From positions 1-64,000 of the IMG/VR virus record IMGVR_UViG_3300030330_004093: 64,000 nt of DNA. One strand, given 5' to 3'. The notes beneath the pieces were generated by a model. The model was not told the DNA's origin. It worked only from the letters and a program-made list of their open reading frames with translations, and did no database searches. Made by a program: the position numbers and the translations under genes. Positions 1 through 8,432 of this stretch are shown here, piece by piece (positions within the stretch are counted from its first letter, which is position 1; each line of letters opens with the position of its first letter). This DNA comes from a virus (lineage: Duplodnaviria; Caudoviricetes).

Positions 1-663
1 ATGGTATATACAACTCAAAATTGGTCTTTTCCAAAAGTTCTAAGCTGTTAATACCTATATTTTGTATGGTATATACAACTAAGGAAGTTGAAGTGATTGG
101 TTGGCTGTAGCTGTTAATACCTATATTTTGTATGGTATATACAACATGCGTATTAATACATTGCTCGCTTAGTAAGCTGTTAATACCTATATTTTGTATG
201 GTATATACAACTTCGGGTCGTCTTCGTATGATAGCTTTCTGGCTGTTAATACCTATATTTTGTATGGTATATACAACCTACCTTCTTTGCCTCTCTTCAA
301 CCCCAATCTGTTAATACCTATATTTTGTATGGTATATACAACGAGTAAAAGAGAGATTATTAACAGAATTAGTTGTTAATACCTATGGTTTGTATGGTAT
401 ATACAACTACTTTGGAATGAGACTTTCTTTCTCATATGCTGTTAATACCTATGGTTTGCATGGTATATACAACTGAATGGGCTGAGGCTAATAAAAAATC
501 AATATTTGCTGTTAATAACTATGGTTTAATTGGTATATACAACATGACTAAGATAGTAAAAAATCAATATTTGCTGTTAATACCCATGGTTTAATTGGTA
601 TATACAACCACTCAGGTACGTAATAGGTGATGTTAACACCTATGTTTGTATGGTATAAACAAC
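1..663 (+). CRISPR. CRISPR array, type VI-B (Cas13b)-like 36-bp repeat GCTGTTAATACCTATATTTTGTATGGTATATACAAC; truncated by the window start
   Basis: Repeats at 1-14 (partial), 44-79, 110-145, 176-211, 242-277, 307-342, 372-407, 438-473, 508-543, 573-608 and 629-663 (35 bp). Spacers are 29,30,30,30,29,29,30,34,29,20 nt. Repeats decay rightward. G(C/T)TG...TTTG...GGTA...ACAAC hairpin architecture resembles Cas13b repeats. Confidence 0.97.
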
Positions 664-722
664 GTCTGGAATATTCGATTCTCTACAAACTAATTAAAAT
701 TCTAAAAAAAATACTTTAATAT

Positions 723-1379
723 ATGAGTAAAAAAAGACATGGTTATTGGACAAAAGAAAATTGTCATAAAGAAGCATTGAAGTATAGTACTAAAACAGAA
801 TTCAGAAATAGTTCTGGGGGTGCGTATAGAAAAATATTGAAAGAAAAATGGGATACAGATGAATTCTTCAAACATATGAATAGGCCAATTGGTAGAGGTA
901 TTAAATGGACAAAAGAAAAGTGTCATGAAGAAGCGTTGAAATACAAACATAAGGTTGATTTTAAAAACGCCTACGGTAGTGCTTACCGTAGGGCAATAGT
1001 GTGCGGTTGGTTAGATGAGATAACCTCACATATGACAACTAAGGTTAATAGAAAACGTGGTAGTAAATACGATTTGTCTTTTGAAAATTGCAAAAAAGAA
1101 GCATTAAAACACAAACATAAGATTGATTTTAAAAAATCATCACCTACCATATATGAACATATTAGAAGAAATGGTTGGATTAGTAAGGTATGTGAACATA
1201 TGATACTTAAGAATATTAAATGGACAAAAGAAAGGTGTCATGAAGAAGCATTAAAACACAAACATAAGGTTGATTTTAAAAATGCCAACGGTAGTGCTTA
1301 CAATAGGGCAAGAGTGTGCGGTTGGTTAGATGAGATAACCTCACACATGACAGCTAAGGTTAATAAACAAAAGGTCTGA
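723..1379 (+). CDS. Basic protein made of four ~50-aa WTKExCxxEALK...F...SAY...GWLDEI..HM repeats; probable nucleic-acid-binding module with no catalytic domain
   Basis: Four visible repeats; units 2 and 4 are near-identical in DNA (~900-1050 vs ~1214-1364). I recall this repeat from phage GIY-YIG-type endonucleases, but there is no GIY-YIG or HNH motif here. Confidence 0.75.
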   Translation: MSKKRHGYWTKENCHKEALKYSTKTEFRNSSGGAYRKILKEKWDTDEFFKHMNRPIGRGIKWTKEKCHEEALKYKHKVDFKNAYGSAYRRAIVCGWLDEITSHMTTKVNRKRGSKYDLSFENCKKEALKHKHKIDFKKSSPTIYEHIRRNGWISKVCEHMILKNIKWTKERCHEEALKHKHKVDFKNANGSAYNRARVCGWLDEITSHMTAKVNKQKV

Positions 1380-1402
1380 TATTACATCAGACCTTTTTTT
1401 TT
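1371..1402 (+). terminator. Rho-independent terminator
   Basis: AAGGTCTGAT-attac-ATCAGACCTT followed by a T-tract; overlaps the stop codon. Confidence 0.9.
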
Positions 1403-1433
1403 GTATTTACATTTCAAAAACATACCCTATATA

Positions 1434-1447
1434 TATTTATAATAAAG
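1434..1447 (+). promoter_or_regulatory. Putative late-promoter motif TATTTAT(A) heading the baseplate operon
   Basis: TATTTATAATAAAG here and identically at 11939-11952. The TATTTAT core recurs before many structural or late genes. Confidence 0.6.
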
Positions 1448-1457
1448 AAAATGTATT

Positions 1458-1847
1458 ATGGCTGGTAATGGTAAGTTTATAAATATTGAGTTCCCATTTA
1501 AAGACGGGAATATTGGTCAATTCCTTAATTTAAATAACGAGGATAATTCAGCTATTAAATCAGACCTAATGCATTTATTATTAACCAGAAAAGGTGAAAG
1601 ACTTTATATGCCTGACTTTGGTACTGACCTATTAAAATACATCTTTGAATTCAACGATGGAACTACTAGAAGTGATATTAGTAAAGAACTAAATGAAACG
1701 GTTAAAAAATATATACCAAACCTTATAATAAATAGTGTTGATGTTACAGAAAGTGAAGACAGTGAACACGCTGTTGTAGTTAGAATAGATTATACTGTAA
1801 CCGAAGATACTTTCCAAGAAACAGACTTCATATTACTTCAAATCTAA
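1458..1847 (+). CDS. Baseplate wedge subunit, gp25/GPW family
   Basis: IKSDLMHLLLTRKGERLYMPDFGTDL motif; 129 aa. Confidence 0.92.
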   Translation: MAGNGKFINIEFPFKDGNIGQFLNLNNEDNSAIKSDLMHLLLTRKGERLYMPDFGTDLLKYIFEFNDGTTRSDISKELNETVKKYIPNLIINSVDVTESEDSEHAVVVRIDYTVTEDTFQETDFILLQI

Positions 1848-1859
1848 ATTTAAAAAACT

Positions 1860-3677
1860 ATGTCAAAAAAAATAAATTACTTTAGTCGAAACTTTGCAGA
1901 TGTTAGACAAGAACTTATAGGTTTTGTAAGACAATATTATCCAGACATTTTTAATGATTTTAATGATGCTTCTGTAGGTATGATGTTATTAGAATTAAAT
2001 GCTGCAGTAGGTGATATGCTGTCTTTTCAAACAGATAGAATGTTTCAAGAGACTCAAATTGATTTCGCACAAGAAAGGAGTTCAATACTTGCAATGGCAA
2101 GGACATTCGGATTAAAGGTTCCAGGTAATAGACCCTCTCTAACTATTGCTGATTTTTCAGTTACAGTTCCAGTACTTGGGGATACATTTGATGTTTCTTA
2201 CGCTCCAGTTATAAACAGAGGCGCTCAAATAAGTGGTGCGGGTAAAGTTTTTGAAACTAGAGATGAGATAGACTTTTCATCACCATTTACAACAGGAGGG
2301 TTACCAAACAGATTGATATTACCCAACACAGATAATAATGGAAATATAATTAACTACACAATAACCAAAAGAGAAATAGTAGTTAATGGTGTTACTAAAA
2401 TATTTAAAAGAGTTCTTAATGATGGTGATGTTAGACCATTTCTTGAAATAGTACTACCAGAAGATAATGTCTTATCTATTAATTCTGTAATAACATTAGA
2501 AGGAACTGACTATGTTACAAGCCCATCTACAGGTACATTCTATGATGAAGACCTTAGATGGTATGAAGTAAATGCATTAGCTGACGATATAGTTTTTATT
2601 CCAGACGACACAATAGTTAGTGATAACTCAACGGTTAAGCCTGGTAAATTCAAAAGAGTTGACCAAAGATTTATAAAAGAATATACAGATAATGGATTCA
2701 CTAAACTTATATTTGGTGGCGGTACACAAGACATAAGTTCACTATGTGAATTTGACGTGGATAAATCACTTGTAAATAGAATAGGTGACTTTATTAACAA
2801 TCTATCTTTAGGTGTTACGGTTAGCCCTAACAGAACAATGTTTATCTCTTACAGAGTAGGTGGAGGCGCTAACACGAATGTAGGTCCAAACACACTAACA
2901 TCGGTAAATAGTGTTGAACTATTTGTAAACGGGTCAGATAGTACTAATAATCAATTAGTAAGGGACTCACTTACAGTAAACAACCCATTACCAGCTTTGG
3001 GTGGTAAAGACGAACCTTCTGTAGAAGAATTAAGAAACTTAGTTAGATACAATTACGCTTCACAAGAAAGGTGTGTAACACTAGAAGACTATAAAACAAG
3101 GATAGCTCTTATACCTGGTGAATTTGGTGTACCATTTAGAAATAATGTAATTGAGATACAAAATAAAATTAGAGTATACACATTAACACTAGATAGTAAC
3201 GGAGCCTTAAGCACAAGCTCAACATCAACTCTTAAGAATAATATAGCAACATACTTATCTAATTATAGAATGTTAAATGACTATGTTGAAGTATCTAACG
3301 GTAAGATATTTAATCTAGGATTTGAGGTTGATTTATTTGTTGATAAACAATTTTCACAATCCGAAATAGTAGGGCAAGTTATAAACACTATAACAGATTA
3401 TTTTGATATTAATAAATGGGATATGGGTGATAATATCTATATAGCTCAATTAATTGAAGAAATAAACAATGTCGCTGGTGTATTAAATGTTGTGGACTTA
3501 AGAATCTTTAATAAAGTAGGTGGTGGTAAATATTCTTCAAACGAAGTTTCACAACCTTATATCGATGACGAAACTAGACAGATAGATTTATTAGGTCAAT
3601 ATACTTTATTTGGTGACCCAGTTGGAATGTTTGAAATAAAAATACCAGCTAGTGATATTAAAGTTAGAGTAAAATAA
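1860..3677 (+). CDS. Baseplate wedge protein, T4 gp6 / baseplate J-like
   Basis: N-terminal NYFSRNF...FNDASVGMMLLEL; GGKDEPSVEELR...QERCVTLEDY; follows gp25. Confidence 0.9.
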   Translation: MSKKINYFSRNFADVRQELIGFVRQYYPDIFNDFNDASVGMMLLELNAAVGDMLSFQTDRMFQETQIDFAQERSSILAMARTFGLKVPGNRPSLTIADFSVTVPVLGDTFDVSYAPVINRGAQISGAGKVFETRDEIDFSSPFTTGGLPNRLILPNTDNNGNIINYTITKREIVVNGVTKIFKRVLNDGDVRPFLEIVLPEDNVLSINSVITLEGTDYVTSPSTGTFYDEDLRWYEVNALADDIVFIPDDTIVSDNSTVKPGKFKRVDQRFIKEYTDNGFTKLIFGGGTQDISSLCEFDVDKSLVNRIGDFINNLSLGVTVSPNRTMFISYRVGGGANTNVGPNTLTSVNSVELFVNGSDSTNNQLVRDSLTVNNPLPALGGKDEPSVEELRNLVRYNYASQERCVTLEDYKTRIALIPGEFGVPFRNNVIEIQNKIRVYTLTLDSNGALSTSSTSTLKNNIATYLSNYRMLNDYVEVSNGKIFNLGFEVDLFVDKQFSQSEIVGQVINTITDYFDINKWDMGDNIYIAQLIEEINNVAGVLNVVDLRIFNKVGGGKYSSNEVSQPYIDDETRQIDLLGQYTLFGDPVGMFEIKIPASDIKVRVK

Positions 3678-3743
3678 GATAAGAGATGAAAGTCTTCACT
3701 TTTTAACTAAAAAACTTATATTAACTATATAAAATATATCATT

Positions 3744-4085
3744 ATGGGATGCAATTGCAAAAACGACAAAAACAAAAAAACAGGAGAACAAAAAAACACT
3801 GAGAAAAAGTCATCTGTTTTTAACAAGGTACTATTAATAATAGTTAAATTATTTCTTTTTATTATAGCATCAGCTATAGGGGCGGTAATAGTAATTCCTT
3901 TTACAATCTTTTTACTATATAAAAGTATTTTTAGTGATAGCAGCGTTGATGTAACCAACATGATATTATCTATCGCAAAACCACTTAAGAATAGAAAAAA
4001 AGAAAAAGAAAATAACGAAAAAGACGAGAACTACGAAAAGTTTGAAATTGAAGAAGATGTAATCTTACTAACTGAAGAAAAATGA
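3744..4085 (+). CDS. Small membrane protein with N-terminal MGCNCK motif
   Basis: Long hydrophobic segment at aa ~28-62; acidic C-terminus. Confidence 0.7.
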   Translation: MGCNCKNDKNKKTGEQKNTEKKSSVFNKVLLIIVKLFLFIIASAIGAVIVIPFTIFLLYKSIFSDSSVDVTNMILSIAKPLKNRKKEKENNEKDENYEKFEIEEDVILLTEEK

Positions 4086-4096
4086 TATAAAAAACA

Positions 4097-7000
4097 ATGT
4101 CAGACAATATTAGAATAAAAACAACACCTGGGGGTGGTGAAAGCTTAGTAAATCTACAAGTAAATCAAAAATTTGATTTTATTGAGATATTATCGCTTAA
4201 AATTTCACAAGATGAAGCCTACAGAAGGTTTTGTTCTGATTATGGCGTAGTAGTAGGTAGGGTAATAGTAAACAACGGACTTGGTGTACCTAACGCCAAG
4301 GTATCTATATTTATACCAGTTGATGAGGTTGATGCGGAAGACCCAGAATTATTAGGTATGTACCCATACAAAGAAGTCACTGGAAAGGATTCGGATGGCA
4401 TACCATATAATCTAGTACCTAGAAACGGTAGAGGTAAAGACGAATGTTTTACCCCAATAGGTACATTTCCAAGTAAAAGAGAAATCCAAGACAACCCATT
4501 GTTAGGTGAAGTATACTGTAAATACTACAAGTTTACAACCACAACTAATAGCTCAGGTGACTTTATGATATTCGGATTACCAGTTGGTACTCACTTTATG
4601 CATGTTAATGCAGACATGTCAGATATAGGTATTTTATCGCAAAGACCTTACGACTTAATAAGAGACGGAGCTTCTGAAAAATCATTTACATCACCAACTA
4701 AGTTTAAAGGTAGAAAAGAAAGTCCAGTATTAAGTCAATTAAAAACAACATCACCAATTAGCGTTACCGTACCACCTTTTTGGGGTGATACAGAACAATG
4801 TAATATAGGTATCGCAAGGTCAGACGTTGATTTAGCAACAAATATAACCCCAACAGCCATATTCATGGGTTCTATCATTAGTGATAATGATAAACACGCA
4901 TTAAATAAAAGATGTAGACCTAGAAAGAAACTAGGTAAAATGGATGAAATTGTAACTGGTAGTGGTAGAATTGAAATGATTAGGAAAACCTTTGACAACG
5001 GAATCGAAAGATTTGACGTTGAAGGTGGAGAAGTTATAGACGAAGATGGGGCATGGGCTTATCAAATACCAATGAATAGAGACTACATGGTTACGTCAGA
5101 AGACGGTACACTAGTCCCTTCTGGAGACCCATCAAAAGGTATACCAACAACCGCCAGAGTTAGATTTAGAATCGGAATGATGGTTAATGGTGATGAAGGT
5201 AGACTTAGAACTAGAGCAAAATATCTAGTACCACATAACCCATCAAGTTGGAGTAAAACTGATTTTACTTTTGACACATCGACTAATGATGAAAATTTCA
5301 GAGATTTATCGTGGAATAATATATATACAATTAAAAACCACATAACCAGAGTACAACCAAATAAAAATATTGAAAATAGAAATTTTATAGGTCTTAAAAA
5401 CGTTGACGACTCTGGTTCCAGAAATCCATTTCCATTTAACAAAATGGATAATGACGTAAATCCACTATACAGCATACTTTGTGTATTAATAAAGATAATA
5501 GCAAGGTTAGTAGCCACAATGAACACAGTACTTATATCATTATTAAACACTGTTATATTTTTATTAAACGGTATATTAGTTGTGATATGTAATGTAATTA
5601 AAGGTATAGGTCTTTTAATATGTTTTTTCCCTAAATGGCTTGTAGGTAGTGATTGTGAAAGTAAATTCTGTATAGGCCCTAATAAAGACGAAATAAGTAA
5701 AATAGCAGACTGTGACTGTAGAGAAATATTGAGCTATATACCGTTCATAGGTCTTAAATGTGAAGATTTAAAATATATACCAGGGGGTAAAGTAAGTGGA
5801 AAGGGGTATGAAGAAACCGTAGAGAAAGCCGAAGAAGACGGAGAAACACTTGTATGGAAAAAAGATACAGATGGTGAGGGTGAAGCGTTATTAAATTACC
5901 AAACATGTGACAGCGCTCAAAAATTAACAGCAGAAGGATGTGATGCTGGATGGAGTAAATGTCAAACAACTAAACTAGCTGACGCTTTAGATATATTTAA
6001 ATTCGATTTTTATAATGATTGGATTAACGGAACATTATACGCATTTTTATTAAAATATAAGAAAAAAAAGAACGGAAAAGAAAAATTTTGTGAAGTAGAA
6101 TGTGACGATTTTGATAGTGATAGTGATAACAAATGTAGAAGTAACTATGTTATAGATAGCTGTACTGGCGCACTACCTCAAGATGAAGACAATGGTGGAA
6201 ATGACGAAGGAGTTAATAGTAAACGATTTAAAAACATTAAAAGTGGTTATATAAAAAATCATGAGGGTGAGTTATATTATTCACCAGTAACATATGATAA
6301 CAACAGTAAGTTGTTCGCAACCGATATAGTAAACTTAGGTTCAGTTTTTGACTGTAGTTGGAACGGAGACCAAAAGTTTTATCAATACCTTACAGATACT
6401 ACATCTAACCTACCTCCATTAATCGATGATAAAGTTGGTAGTGACACAATAACAACAGGTTATGACTTATTTGGTGAAATAACTTGTCTTGCGTTTAAGA
6501 CTAATAGCGATAATTGCAATAACCTTAAAAGAATATGTGAATTAGGTGTTGGTTTAGATGAATTAAGAGAATCACCATCCATACTTCCATTAGACCCAGA
6601 CAAAAAAATAACTAATGCAGATGTTGACGACCCTTTAGTTAGAAGTATTTTTACTAAACTAAATTCAAATATAATCTCACCAGCAGCATTGCCTGAAATT
6701 TACATTGACTCACCGAATAACACAACAGTTGTAAACTACCAAGACCAATATTACACTGAATTTAGAGTGGACGGTGGAATTAGACCTGCAAACACTTCAT
6801 TCTGGAATAACCCAGTATGGGTTTATGATAACTCATATTATTTCTATTTTGGACTTAATAAAGGAAACACTGCATTAGGTAAAATGAAAAGAAAATACTT
6901 TACTGAATGTACCCCAGAAGTAGATGTAGACTTTTTTGTTGTATCCGATTCAATAATAGCTGATAACCCAGCAACAGCTGCAAGAGATGGAGCCATAAGT

Positions 7001-8425
7001 ATTAATATATTTGGAGGCATAGGGCCTTATACTTTTGTGTGGGACCAATTAACAGAGGGAGGTGTTAGCTACCCAACCACAACTACAACTACTTCAAAGA
7101 CTATTAGCGGTTTAATAGCTGGTACATACAACGTAAAAGCTATTGATTCAGTTGGTAACATAGCTAATGGTACATTTACAGTTCCTGGTCCAGTACCAGT
7201 GGGTTGTAACGTACAAAGTACCGACACAACACAAAACGCCACTTCTGACGGTAAGATAACAGTAAACCTAAATGGTGGTGTTGGGGATTATACTGTAACT
7301 TTGTACGATACAATAGACGGGGTTGAAAGCGGCTTAACGTCTTTATCATCACCACCACCACCAGGAGCGACTAACCCTAGAACAATTACAACAAACAGTA
7401 CAGAATTTGTAGGTTTACCCGCAAGGTTTGACTCAAACGACTATAGCGACACATCTATTACACCCGACACCACTAAAATGCTAGGGTATAAAGTTGTTGT
7501 CACCGATAACACACTACCAACACCTAGTAGTTGTGAATCAGTTGTAGAAATAAACGAACCATCAGCTATAAATGTAACACTTACTAAAACAGATATAACA
7601 TGTAACGGAAATGGGGATGGTAAAATAATAGCTAATGTAACAGGCGGTGAAGCCCCATATTCTTTCGAATGGAATAGTGACCCAAGTTTAGACACTAAAA
7701 ACCTTTCTAATTTAGAAGTGGGTAGCTACGAATTGGTAGTTACGGATAGTATAGGAGCAACTAAAACTAGTTTAACAGAAACGATATCCGAACCATTAGC
7801 AATTTCATATAATGTAACACCTAAATCTGGATGTAACGGAACAAAAGGAGAAATAGAAATAGATAGCGTAATAGGAGGTACACCACCTTACACAGTAACC
7901 ATAAACGGTGGTAATCCTAATATAACTGAAACCATCACACTAAGTTCTGGTGGTTCAGATACTTTCGATAACTTAAACGAAGGTAAGGGTCCTGAAACGT
8001 ACCAAATAACTGTAGAAGATAGCGCAGGGTGTTTTAAATATGATTCAGCTGAAATACTCGTACCAGCCACACAATTAACCGCAAACTTAACTGTTGACGG
8101 AAATATAGGTGGAAACGCTTCTGATACTGTTAGAACATTCACTGTTAGTATAAACGGAGGTATATTTAACACCAACTCTGCATTAGGTGATGTTTACAAA
8201 TACAAAGTACAAGTTATGAGAGACACAGGTGGTGGGTTTGTAAACTTTGGTTCATTAGAAGATGTTTCAAACACAACATATGTATTCACCGATAATTACT
8301 TATCTATAACCCCTACAGGTACTTATACATACGAATACAAGGTTATTGTATATGATAAAAATAAAGAACCATTTGGATGTGATGCCACTAGTAATAAAGA
8401 ATCAATTTTTGTTACAATAATTTAA
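4097..8425 (+). CDS. Large virion/baseplate-associated protein: N-terminal beta-sandwich, hydrophobic Cys-rich middle, C-terminal SprB-type repeats
   Basis: GVVVGRV..NNGLGVPNAKVSIF; four DGxIxxxxxGGxxPY-like repeats; structural operon context. Confidence 0.75.
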   Translation: MSDNIRIKTTPGGGESLVNLQVNQKFDFIEILSLKISQDEAYRRFCSDYGVVVGRVIVNNGLGVPNAKVSIFIPVDEVDAEDPELLGMYPYKEVTGKDSDGIPYNLVPRNGRGKDECFTPIGTFPSKREIQDNPLLGEVYCKYYKFTTTTNSSGDFMIFGLPVGTHFMHVNADMSDIGILSQRPYDLIRDGASEKSFTSPTKFKGRKESPVLSQLKTTSPISVTVPPFWGDTEQCNIGIARSDVDLATNITPTAIFMGSIISDNDKHALNKRCRPRKKLGKMDEIVTGSGRIEMIRKTFDNGIERFDVEGGEVIDEDGAWAYQIPMNRDYMVTSEDGTLVPSGDPSKGIPTTARVRFRIGMMVNGDEGRLRTRAKYLVPHNPSSWSKTDFTFDTSTNDENFRDLSWNNIYTIKNHITRVQPNKNIENRNFIGLKNVDDSGSRNPFPFNKMDNDVNPLYSILCVLIKIIARLVATMNTVLISLLNTVIFLLNGILVVICNVIKGIGLLICFFPKWLVGSDCESKFCIGPNKDEISKIADCDCREILSYIPFIGLKCEDLKYIPGGKVSGKGYEETVEKAEEDGETLVWKKDTDGEGEALLNYQTCDSAQKLTAEGCDAGWSKCQTTKLADALDIFKFDFYNDWINGTLYAFLLKYKKKKNGKEKFCEVECDDFDSDSDNKCRSNYVIDSCTGALPQDEDNGGNDEGVNSKRFKNIKSGYIKNHEGELYYSPVTYDNNSKLFATDIVNLGSVFDCSWNGDQKFYQYLTDTTSNLPPLIDDKVGSDTITTGYDLFGEITCLAFKTNSDNCNNLKRICELGVGLDELRESPSILPLDPDKKITNADVDDPLVRSIFTKLNSNIISPAALPEIYIDSPNNTTVVNYQDQYYTEFRVDGGIRPANTSFWNNPVWVYDNSYYFYFGLNKGNTALGKMKRKYFTECTPEVDVDFFVVSDSIIADNPATAARDGAISINIFGGIGPYTFVWDQLTEGGVSYPTTTTTTSKTISGLIAGTYNVKAIDSVGNIANGTFTVPGPVPVGCNVQSTDTTQNATSDGKITVNLNGGVGDYTVTLYDTIDGVESGLTSLSSPPPPGATNPRTITTNSTEFVGLPARFDSNDYSDTSITPDTTKMLGYKVVVTDNTLPTPSSCESVVEINEPSAINVTLTKTDITCNGNGDGKIIANVTGGEAPYSFEWNSDPSLDTKNLSNLEVGSYELVVTDSIGATKTSLTETISEPLAISYNVTPKSGCNGTKGEIEIDSVIGGTPPYTVTINGGNPNITETITLSSGGSDTFDNLNEGKGPETYQITVEDSAGCFKYDSAEILVPATQLTANLTVDGNIGGNASDTVRTFTVSINGGIFNTNSALGDVYKYKVQVMRDTGGGFVNFGSLEDVSNTTYVFTDNYLSITPTGTYTYEYKVIVYDKNKEPFGCDATSNKESIFVTII

Positions 8426-8432
8426 TAAATTT

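Noticed and set aside
132-379. ORFs 132-314 and 194-379 with repeated LLIPIFCMVYT / VNTYILYGIYN peptides
   Set aside because: Artefacts of reading through 66-bp CRISPR units.
15-628. Self-targeting spacers
   Set aside because: Only short chance matches noticed by eye; a proper alignment was not possible, so not claimed.
664-722. tracrRNA/anti-repeat or leader downstream of the array
   Set aside because: No complementarity to the repeat seen; this is the degenerate end.
723-1379. Cas effector or Csx27/Csx28 next to the array
   Set aside because: Too small and purely repetitive; no HEPN pair, RuvC motifs or TM helices.
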